Part shown: piece by piece, positions 33,201 through 45,200 of the stretch
Numbering within the stretch: the first letter of the stretch is position 1
Layout: every line of letters begins with the position of its first letter
Assembly (NCBI GenBank): GCA_020137815.1
Contig: CM035357.1
Coordinates: 806,001-870,000 of the forward strand
Length of the DNA stretch: 64,000 nucleotides
Source of the DNA: Hormiphora californensis
Lineage: Eukaryota > Animalia > Ctenophora
Direction: 5' to 3'
The notes under the pieces: generated by a model
The model's input: only the letters and a program-made list of their open reading frames with translations
Told to the model about the DNA's origin: nothing
The model's database searches: none
Position numbers and translations under genes: made by a program

Positions 33201-36200
33201 TCATTTCAGAAATAAATAAATTCCCTGTATCTCAAAAACGGTTGATCGTAGAGACCTGAGACTATGCTTAAACGATTCAGAAGGTCCGATTTTGGGGGGG
33301 TCTTCTGAGATACATTTTGCTCCTACTTCAACCGTTTTTGCTGTAATTGCGAAAAACAAAAACCCATCTTCGCCATCGTGGATTTTTTGTGATTTTGTTT
33401 TTTGATGATTATAGGGACCCATATGGACCAATTAGTGAAGGAATTAGCTTGTTAAACATTTTTCCATGGTTTCGGTCCTTTCTTAGCTAAAATTCCCTAA
33501 TTACAGGATATTGGAGTTTAGCTTTTGCCCTTTTCATAGAATTTGTTTTTCGCAATTACAGCAAAAACGGTTGAAGTAGGAGCAAAATGTATCTCAGAAG
33601 ACCCCCCCAAAATCGGACCTTCTGAATCATTTAAGCATAGTCTCAGGTCTCTACGATCAACCGTTTTTGAGATACAGGGAATTTATTTATTTCTGAAATG
33701 ACGGCTTTCACAAAAAAAACTCTGTACAGCTTATCTCAAATAAGGACACGCCCAAAATTTATGGCCACTTAGATAATCGTTAGACGCAACTTTTCACCAA
33801 TTTACAGCTTTCACATGTTTTCGGAACTTTGCCAAATAGGGCGTTAAAGTGGAAAAAAAGAAATCCACCTCAGGACCGGAAATCAGCTCGGATTTCAAAA
33901 ATTTTTTTGTGGCTACTCACCTCTTTGTCCTCTTCAAATCCACAAATTTTTATGATCCTATCTTTACAAATGTATTTTTAAGATGCCAAAAACTTATTTT
34001 CAGTTCATTTTTCAAGCAGCTGTAGCAAAAATATGAATTCGACTTGAGAGCTCAAATTGCATATTTGAGGTCTCCTTGGCATGGCCTACAACCCTACGGT
34101 GAGAGATTTCCCTGCACTCGAAAAAAAATTTTGGTTAGCGTACCCTTAACCCTCTTGCTTCTATCGGATCTTCACAACAATTTTCCTGCACAGCTTGTAA
34201 AACAGTCAGCTACGTTGGTTGAAATGAGTGTGGAGCGGAGCACATCACCTCCCGTCCTGAAACTAACAGAGGAACAAGCCAGCCAAGTTCAGGGAATGGT
34301 TGCACCTACCCGGGATCAACAGACTCAGATGAGTATCGAACCTGGCCGTCAACTGGATTCTGAGGAGGTGAGATATTTAACACACGATATTGATCAAGCC
34401 TGAACAACAGGTTATTGAACCAATCGACCGTTCAACGGTACGAGACCGTTCAACGGTACGAGACATTATTATTATTTAAATATCGAATTATAAGAACCTC
34501 GGGAAAGGGTTTTATACCAGAGGGTCCCCTAGAACCCCCCTCTCTCTTCTTTGGAACGTTAGTTATCACATTTTCACCCCTAGCTCCCCCAGTTATATTC
34601 TCACATTTTCTCCCAGCTAACGCCTAACTCCCCCAGTTCTATTCTCACATTCTCTAACTCCCTGATATATCAGTTGGCCGGGGTTGTCCTGACGGAGGCA
34701 CAGATAACTCAACTTGAGATCGGCCCAGATACCAACCTGGACCCAGAACAAAGGGAAAGTGTGGAGGAAGCGAAACAGAGATCTGTGAAACAGGATGCGT
34801 TGAAGAGGCTGAACGAGATACAACCGTTAAATGAGGTTGAGATGGTATTGTCGGAGACACAGGTATTTTATTGTTCTAACTGATCCCTATATAATAATTG
34901 GGAGAGAGGGTTTAGCGAGACACAGGTATTTTATTGTCAGAGAGGGTCTAGCGAGACACAGGTATTTTATTGTCAGAGAGGGTCTAGCGAGACACAGGTA
35001 TTTTATTGTCAGAGAGGGTCTAGCGAGACACAGGTATTTTATTGTCAGAGAGGGTTTAGCGAGACACAGGTATTTTATTGCGAGAGAGGGTCTAGCGAGA
35101 CACAGGTATTTTATTGTCAGAGAGGGTCTAGCGAGACACAGATATTTTAGCTGTCTCTACTTATTCATGCTGTCTTTTTTATTCATCCCTATTGGTCAGA
35201 TGACAGCTGTTTTAGTGTCAGTTTCATTTGGTAACGAAATTACCCCTCTGTAGAGGCATTAGGCATAGGGCATTGCGATAGTAAGGTTTAGGTACGTTTT
35301 AGCGTGCCCGCAATGTGGGGGTAATTGCGTTACCAACAGTTTCATGTATCCCAATTTGATTTAATTCCAGGCTCAAAAGTTGACATCCCGCCAAATTGAC
35401 AACCTGAAACTCACCACTGAGCAATGTGACATACTGGGTCTAGTACCGGGCCAGAGTTTCACCATCGATGAAATCTCCCTGCTTTCTCTAAACGGGGAAC
35501 AGATTATCCAGTTGAAGTTGACAGAGGAGCAGATTGGAATGATGAATGGGGAACAGAGGAATTGTTTATCTGCCCTTACCAACAGGGCCGTCCAGGAGGT
35601 ACGTCATTAAGATCGAAGTCTCTTCAGTCTGACGGGTTCATTTGAAATCGGGAGATCTCCCGTGGTGCAATGGAGCCCGTAATTGTCCTATTGTAGAGTC
35701 TTATTGTCTCTAGCCCTAATCTAATAACAGTTAACTTTCTCTCCAGTTGGCCTACCTAAAAATGAAGGAGGAGGAAGGAGTACTGCGGTTAACGGAGGAT
35801 CAAGTAGCTATGCTGAGTGAGGAACAGATAGCTAGACTGTCTCTGAACCCTGCCCAGACCACTACAGTTGGTATGTTGGTTGATTATCATCATGTAATTG
35901 TTATAGATAATATCTCTGTCTGAATCAGAGTTTGAAATAACTGACAGACACACAGACACACAGACACACAACAAGTACTAGGTGGATCCAATGCTCTGAC
36001 AGATCACACACACACACACTCACAATCACACACATCACTAACACTAAAACATTTCAGAAGGAACCTGCCAGGGAACGAGAGAGATGCTGTGTTCAATATC
36101 CCTGACTGCAACCCAGATAACCCAACTGTCCCTGACCTCCCAGCAGGAGTGTTTCCTAACTCAGGAACAGAAGAGAGCGCTTGCCGGAGCCATGGAGCAT

Positions 36201-39200
36201 CTCCAGAAAGAGAGTGATCTACAGGAGGGTAAGAATGTGGGAGCTGTGACTGTTCAGGTTTTGTGAAGTAGGAATACGTGTCTATTCAGGAAGTAGGTGT
36301 ACGTGTTTGTTAATAAGTTTTAGATCCGATCTGGTATTTTTGATGTACGGCGCATGCTCTCTGAGATCATGAACCTTGGTTCTAGTGACTGCCTCGTGCA
36401 TGAATGTGCCTGTGTATTTTGTCATGTGCCTGTTTATTTTGTCATGTGCCTGTTTATTTTGCCATGTACCCTTAGCCCTGAGGCTCCCAGGGGTTTCCGC
36501 AACGGTAGCAGCGACCACCACGACCGAGAAAAAGAAGATAGAGGATGGTGGAGAGAAGAAGAAAGTCAAACTGGTCCGGTTAACTGCTGAGCAGGTCAGG
36601 ATCTGAGAAATTCTTAGAGAATTACTTGAAAAAGTTCCAAAATACACCTAGGTGATACATGTTTTGTGTTAGGTGCTACATGTTTTGTGTTTTAATTTTC
36701 CCTTTTTTAGGCATCGCTCCTCACAAAAACTCAGCTGATGTCCCTGGTTTTGACTGAGGAACAACTCAATGCCCTAGGCGGCATCTCACAGGATGAAGTA
36801 TGTGATCTGACACCCTCTCAGCTGTCTACCATAGCCTTTACTTCGGATCAGATTGCAGCCTTAAAGATATCCCAGAATCAGGTAATGTGTTATACGGGTC
36901 AGGATTCTTGGTATGATATCCTTCTTGATCTCTCAAAGCGCCTTCAATGTGTGGATGGGATTCTTAGTACCCCCCCCCCCCCCCCCGTTCTGTGCCTTAC
37001 AAGTTAGAGGGTCGTGTATTCATATTGGAGAAATATTTTTAGAGCCTATTTTAGTATTCAAAGGTATGTTGTCAAAGGTATGTTGTACTCAAAGGTATGT
37101 TGTTTGGGGAAAATGAATAAAAGAAAAAAACAAAAAGGTTCAAATGCACAAAGAAATGACTTTATTTAACAACTCTCTCTCCTCCCTCAGCTGAAAGGAA
37201 TGCAGTCGGGTAAAAAGGCAAATGGAACGAAGAAGAGCTCGAACATGCCCCGAGTACAGGTATGTAGATTTCTTGGTTACTAGGGGGACTGGTAACCACT
37301 GATCTCCTGTCATGGTAGTCATGGTAACGTATCAAAATTATTCTGTCGGTAAGGCGGTTATTTTGAAACCAACGATAAGCATTATTTGTGCTGTATGAAC
37401 AATACAAAGCATTATATGACAAATTTGCACAAAAAGCAATAAATAGAAGTATGTATTAGTGAAATTTTCACAGTTAAAACACTCACAAAAACGGCAATTT
37501 TGCATTTGCGGGCATCGCACTATAGACGCATTACCCACGTACTATAGACGCATTATAAACGCATTATAAACGCATTATAGACGCATTATAGACACACGCA
37601 ATATAGACGCAATTTCGTAAGCAGCACTATAATAGACGCAATATAGACGCATTATAACAGCAATATAAACGCATTTTTATAGACGCGACGCAGTATAGCC
37701 GCATTATAGGCGCACTACCCACCCCAAAATCACCTTATAGACGCACTATAGACGCATTATAGACTGACTATAGTAGCACTATAAACGCTACATAGACCCA
37801 TATAGACGCATGATCGAAGCATTATAGACGCAAATCGCTTTTTATAGACGCCGCGTCTATAAAAAACGAGCTTTTTTAAGAAGCACTATAGACGTACTCA
37901 GACGCACGCTGCCATATTTGAGGCGCAGTTGGGCGAACTATAAACGCATTTTTGTCGCATATAAAAGGAAGCAGTATAGACGCATTATAGACGCATTATA
38001 GACGCATGTGCGAGAAATCGATAAAGACGCAATATAGACGCAATTAATAAGAAGGAGAGGGAGAGAGACTAGAGGGAGGGAGGGAGGGAGGGAGGGAGGG
38101 AGAGGGAAGGAGAGGGAAAGAGGGAGGGATACAGAGACAGATCAGACAGAGACAGATGGACACAGATCTGAGACAGACGGACAGAGTAAGATGGAGAGAG
38201 ATTAAGATGGAGAGTGGAGAGAGAGAGAGTGAGACAGAGAGGGAGATAGTAAGCGCGTGTTTGTCCGTCCGTCTGTCTCTGTCCGTTTGTTTCCATCTCT
38301 GTCTTTTTCTGTCTCACTCTTTTTATGTCTCACTCCATCCCTATATCACTATCTTTCCATCTTACTCTCTTTCCATCTTACTCTGTCCTTCTGTCTCAGG
38401 TCTTTATCCGTCTGTTTCTGTCCCTGTACCCCTCCCTCAGTCCCTCCCTCTCCTTCCCTCTCCCTCCCTCCCTCGCCTCTCTCTCCCTCTCCTTTTTATT
38501 TTGCGTCTATATTGCGTCTTTATCGATTTCGCACACATGCGGCTATAATGCGTCTATAATGCGTCTGTACTGCTTCCTTTTATATGCGACAAAAATGCGT
38601 TTATAAAACGCCCAACTGCGCTTCAAATATCGCACTGTAGCCTGGAGTACGTCTAAAGTGCTTCTTTAAAAAGCACGTTTTTTTATAGACGCGGCGTCTA
38701 TAAAAAGCGATTTGCGTCTATAATGCTTCTATCATGCGTCTATATGGGTCTATGTAGCGTTTATGGTGCTGCTATAGTCAGTCTATAATGCGTCTATAGT
38801 GCGTCTATAAGGTGATTTTGGGGTGGGTAGTGCGCCTATAATGCGGCTATACTGCGTCGCGTCTATAAAAATGCGTTTATATTGCTGTTATAATGCGTCT
38901 ATATTGCGTCTATAGTGCTGCTTACGAAATTGCGTCTATATTGCGTGTGTCTATAATGCGTCTATAATGCGTTTATAATGCGTTTATAATGCGTCTATAG
39001 TACGTGGGTAATGCGTCTATAGTGCGATGCCCGCAAATGCAAAATTGCCCACAAAAACATAGCATTCAAACAAAAAACATTTAAACAAGCAAAATGCAAC
39101 TGAAACCAATTAATGTCCTGTTTCTTCATTTATCTCTTCCAACTTTCACTCAAATTGTTTTGCCTGATAGAACACACACCTTAGCACAAATGCAGCCATG

Positions 39201-42200
39201 ACAAATGGAAAACAAACACAGAACGCCCCACTTACAGCATAAAGGGTATACAGCAATTTACTAGAAACCTCCTTCTTCCCTTCCTCCAACCCGTCCCTTC
39301 CATCCCCTATCTCCCTACACTTGATGAGAGGGCTGAGTGCTCGGTTGTTACATGCAGCCTTGTACCTATCACCTCCAGGACATGCCATAACCACCTCAAT
39401 GCCACGTGGAATTGTGGTGAGATTGGTTTGGGGGACACCATATGCCTGCTTGATGTTGCCAGTTGAGCAGGGAACCAGGTGACTGGGTTGAGGGCAGAAA
39501 TCAAGGGCCAGCTCGGTAATATCAAAAAACACGTCCGGCCTGGTGTTTGGTTTGGGGATTTGGGCATAGTACATGGTGCCTTCAGATCCGTTTATCATGA
39601 GACTCCCACATCCAGTATCAGACTTCATATCCATAACAAATACCTGGGAACTGGTAGAATTCTGGCAGGTTACCATGGTAACTGTAGTTTCGTTGGACCA
39701 TCGTGGTGGGTGACCAATGGGTGACGTTATACAGATATCCGACTCACGGCGTCTAATCCTGACAGACAGGCTGGACGGTAGAAAGTGTGCCCCAGGTCCG
39801 ACAACCTCAAACTCCCAAGTATCCTGAACGCTAGCACACTTGGCCCACTTGAGCTCCCCATCCTTTGCCTTTAGACACGACAATTTGTCCCATTCAAGAT
39901 ATTTGCGAAGGAGCAGGGGTGTCTCCTTACTCAGCTCCACAAAGTCCTCCACCGATGTTAACCCCGTGCTAGGTAGTGTTTCGAAGCTAAAGCACTGCCA
40001 TGAGGCAGTGAGGTGGATGTCAGACGGCACCTTCTGACCCAGACCAGTCTTACTGACAAGCATGCACTCACCTGTCACGATTGACCAGATCACATTTTGA
40101 CAGTTGTTGAAGAAACAGAGATCCCAGCATTGGATGATGTTCCCAGTCTGCATTGTTATGATGGTGTTGAAGGTGGTGTAGGTGTAACGACGGAAACACC
40201 CCAGATATGGTGGCTCAATCCACGGTTGAAGGAGGGATGTTGGTGTGTCCTGAGCACTCTCCTGTTCCGGCTGAGATGTGACAATCAGTGCTAGTAGGGC
40301 TAGGTGAAAACAGGACATGATGCTACTCTTTCGGCTGAGAGGAACCATGTTCTAAAGAGGGAGGGGTTTCAAAACTGTAATAATATTCACGACTTAGGAT
40401 CTATAATAAGCCCTCTTAATAATAGGCGGCTAGTTCTATCAGGTATCACTATAGTTGGTCAAATCGAACCATGACTTACCTTATAATACGATCAGTGATA
40501 ATATGTGATCGTATGCAGCATACCAAGGGGGTATAGCAATAGCAAATGCATGGGCTGGGGTATGAAAGTATGAATTATCTAGTTCTCCACTAAATTAGTG
40601 GGATTAAATCCCCCCACTAATCCCCCACTAAGCCCCCCCCCCTCACTACTCAGGAGATGCCACTAGCAGAAGAGGCTGCATATATAAACAATAGTTCTCC
40701 CCTAATCCCCCACCCCCCCCCCCACCCCAACCATCCCAGGAGATGCCACTAGCAGAAGAGGCTGGTCTGATATAGTTCTCTACTAATCCCCACCCCCTCA
40801 CTACTCAGGAGATGCCACTAGCAGAAGAGGCTGGTCTGATATAGTTCTCTACTAATCCCCACCCCCTCACTACTCAGGAGATGCCACTAGCAGAAGAGGC
40901 TGGTCTGATAGGGGATATAGACCAGGAAGAAGCCATCAAACTCCACCAGGCGGCCCTTTCCAAGCTACAACAACTCCAACAAAACATGGTCACTGCGGGG
41001 GAGCAGCGGTCAGTGGTTCAAACTACAGAGGCAACTGCAGCTGGAGGGGGAGCCAAGCGTAGCAAACAGGTGAGTGTGTTTGAATTGCGTTCATGTGGAT
41101 CTGAATTTAAATTGTCGGGTGTGAGGTCAGGGATTAATTGTTCTCTTTTTGGAAGGACTCGGTATTTTAGCACATGTATACAAACTTTTGAAATTTCTTT
41201 TGAATTTATTCACCGTTCTTGGAATTGAAATCCAGATTTACGTCAATGGCCAATGCATAAAACAATACAAATTCCACCTCCCTCTCTGAACGCTCTCCAA
41301 AAGAAAGGGTTAGCATTCCTGGGAGCGGAGCAAAAAGAACCCCCATTATTTTCAGGAAATGAAGGAGCCTAAAGAAACCCATTGTTTTCAGGAAATAAAA
41401 GAGAAGCTACGAAAGAGGCGAGAGGTTGCAGAGGCGAAGAGAAGGAAACTTAGGAAAGCAATGGCAGAGGGAGACGACGACGGAGTAATTGAGGAACTCT
41501 TTAGCTTACAGATGGAGGAGGTAATTAGCAATATTAATTAGTATCAGTAGGTAATTAGCAAATATTAAGGTAATTATATAATTAACTCAAAGTAATACAT
41601 TAACACGAGTGATAAGCGAATAACAAACTAGGAATTTCAAATGAGACAGAATCAAGAGTAACTCTGCCAAATTTTTATCCCCACCCCTGTAGCTACTACA
41701 ATATTTCAACATATTATCATTATGCACATATTTGGCAACTTCTTAACTATAATGATATACGTGACGTGTACGAAACATTTGGTCCCATACCAAGAAGCTA
41801 GCTTACTAAATGGTTTCAAGTCAAATTTTCATCATATTACGCTTTTTGCGCCCTCGTTCTCTCAGGTCATCCAATGAATATAATTTAATGAATATATTGT
41901 AGTTACGTAGAAATACATTATGCAATTGCTTTTTCTTGACCCCCCCCCTCTTACTCGGTCCTCTTTCTCTTAATAAGAGGGCGAGAAGAATATATGAGTG
42001 GCTGCTCTTGATTTCTTCTTTTAGCTATTTGGTTGGCCTGCCCCAGTAAGGTTGACCCTCATTATCTGGGACGAGGTAGATAAGAACACTGAACCATTCA
42101 GGTTGAATAACGTCGCTCCAAACAATAATAACGATAATTAATTTCAGGTTGAGGAGCGGAACCAGAAGTTAATTAAGATCAAGGATCGATACCAGGAGAA

Positions 42201-45200
42201 GGTATGTCTCACCAAACCAAACCAAACCAATTAAGGCCAGAGGGGGGGGTCCGAGGGTCAAAAAATGTACTTTTCTGAGGTTCACATATATGATGTAACT
42301 CGGTGGTAGGAAACTTTTGGGTAGGTTAGCTGTGCACCAAGTGTATCAGGAAGCCTTGTTTTTTGAGGTTAACTTTTGACCGAAAATGTAAGTTAACCTC
42401 AAAAATCTTGTATTTATGTCGCCTTCACAGATAAAAATGGTACCAATCGATAGATCTGATCAAGGAGACCAAATGTTTAAAGTTTCAGAGGTCTAAGCCA
42501 TATAGTTGTTCGAATATTTGAGGTTAACTTATCGCCCAAAAAACAACCTTTTTGGTCTTTTTTCACACCTTACTTTTAAAATCGCCACTACATTCATCTC
42601 ATAGACGGCTAAGAGTTGGGCCTTGAAATTTGGCAGGCATGATCCTTAGATAATAAACTGTGTTTTGAGTGTAACGATTTTTGATTGAGACTTCCGTTCC
42701 CAAGATATTGAGGTTAACATATTTCACATCTGATATTTTTTAGACGTTAACCTCAATATCTTGGGAACGGAGGCTCCAATAAAAAATCGTTACACTCAAA
42801 ACACAGTTTATTATCTAAGGATCATGCCTGCCAAATTTCAAGGCCCAACTCTTAGCCGTCTATGAGATGAATGTAGTGGCGATTCGTAAAAATGTTCCAA
42901 GTTATTCACCAAAAGGCTACTTTTGGTGAAATATGTTAACCTCTAAATTTAAAGAACTACCAGGAATAGCACCATAAAATTGCTCACACATGCTCTCCTT
43001 AGTGATACCTTACTTTTAGAACAGTTTTTATTGTTTCAATACCTGATCTCTAAGAATTAGAGAGGTTAACATTGATTTTGGGCCAAAAGTTAACCTCCAT
43101 TTTCTCCCTATAACAGCGCGCGCAAAATCGATTCCGAGTATGTCATCTGGTCCGGCTCTTCGAGCCGGACCAGATACCGAAAGTGACTTTTTATACCCCC
43201 GGACCCCCCCCCTCTGGCCTTAACCAACCAATTACGAAACCAATTAACAAACCAATTACCAAACCAATTACCAAACCAAACCAAACCAATTACCAAACCA
43301 AACCAAACCAAATCGAAGCAAACCAAACCAAACCAAACCAAACCATTTACCAATTACCAAACCAAACCAATTACGAAACTAATTAACAAACCAATTAACA
43401 AACCAATTAACAAACCAATTACCAAACCAAACCAAACCATTTACCAATTACCAAACCAAACCAATTACGAAACTAATTAACAAACTAATTAACAAACCAA
43501 TTAACAAACCAATTACCAAACCAATTACCAAACCAAACCAAATCGAAGCAAACCAAACCGAAGCAAACCAAACCAAACCAAATCGAAGCAAACCAAACCA
43601 AACCAATTACCAAACCAATTAACAAACCAATTAACAAACCAAATTAAACCAAACCAAAGCAAGCCGAACCGAAGCAAACCAAACTAAATTCACCAAACGA
43701 TCCTACGGTATCGGGCGGCGTGTGGTGCCTGTATTTTAACTAAATATTTTTCACAAGGTACAAGAAATAGACGATCTCAACTCGGAGTTCCAGGCTCAGA
43801 GGGAGGATTATTTAGAGTCGATCCGGGAACAAAGTCAGGAAACTAAGTTGTTACAGCAAATTCTGGAACAGGTAAAGCACATTATTTTACGGTAGCACCC
43901 CCTATCCATATTCCAATGGAATATGGATAGGGTCACAGTTCACATCCTATCCTATGGTCTCTCTCCCTAGTAACAGTAACGATCTCACTTGTGTTCTCTC
44001 TAGTAAAAGTAACGATCTCACTCGTGTTCTCTCTAGTAAAAGTAACGATCTCACTTTTGTTCTCTCTAGTAAAAGTAACGATCTCACTTTTGTTCTCTCT
44101 AGTAAAAGTAACGATCTCACTTGTGTTCTCTCTAGTAAAAGTAACGATCTCACCACGTTTACAGATTCAACCACTTCTCCGACGGGACAGCAACTACTAC
44201 AATTTAGACTCAATAAAAAGGGAATGTAAGTGGAATCCTGAAACTGGATCATGGTTCATTCCGCCTGTAATGATATCCAAAACTAAACTACCTGCCCCTG
44301 ATATGCAGCAATCAAAGGTAATTGGGTTGCATTGAAACACATGAATAATTCAACTGATGTTGGATACAGGCTCAATCAAAGACTTTGGTTAATTATTAAT
44401 ACATTTCGATCAAGTGGACTCCCTACATGATAATATGATTAATTCCCGACTCTAGAGACCAATTAGAGTTTGGATAGTTAACAATGAATTGATTAACTGA
44501 TACAATATGTGCTAATGAATTGATTAATTTATATGTGCTAATACTTTTCCCTCATCTCAGAGTAGTTTGATTCAGCCGGCTCACTTGGATCAAGTTGACG
44601 ACACGAGGATAAGGAACAAACTCATCAACTCAGCTGACAAATCAGATTACTTCAAAAGTACTCGAGCACAGAAAATTCTTGAAGTGAGTGATTATAATGG
44701 GGCCCCGTTATATTATTGGAGCAAGATATATCTTCTCTAGCTGCTATCACACAACACGCCCTAGCCCCTACTGAGCAGATCTCATTCATGAGTTATATTG
44801 ACTTCAGGAACCGACCTGATTGGCTGATGACCAGTCACGTGACCTAAATAACGAGCTCTGATTGGTTGTGTCGGTCGGTTCCTATATTGAGTACATATTA
44901 TCCTCTACTTTGCGAGCAAAAAATATGTACAGCTGCCGAGTCGGGGTAGCTATGATAATATTTAAATAAGATAGAGCGAGCTTATCTCAACGCTCGTGAT
45001 CTCTATATACCAGAGGTCACTACAAGCTTGTATGGTTTGAGTTCTTAACTAGTTATAATGCGATATTTTGCTCGAGTTATAACTCGAGCAAAATTTCGCA
45101 ATCTGCAGATTGAGGGCCTCAATTTGAATCAAAGTATGAGGGCCCTGGATGACAATAAGGCCAAGGTGCGAGAAGTTCTCTGAAAGTTGCAATAGAGAAC

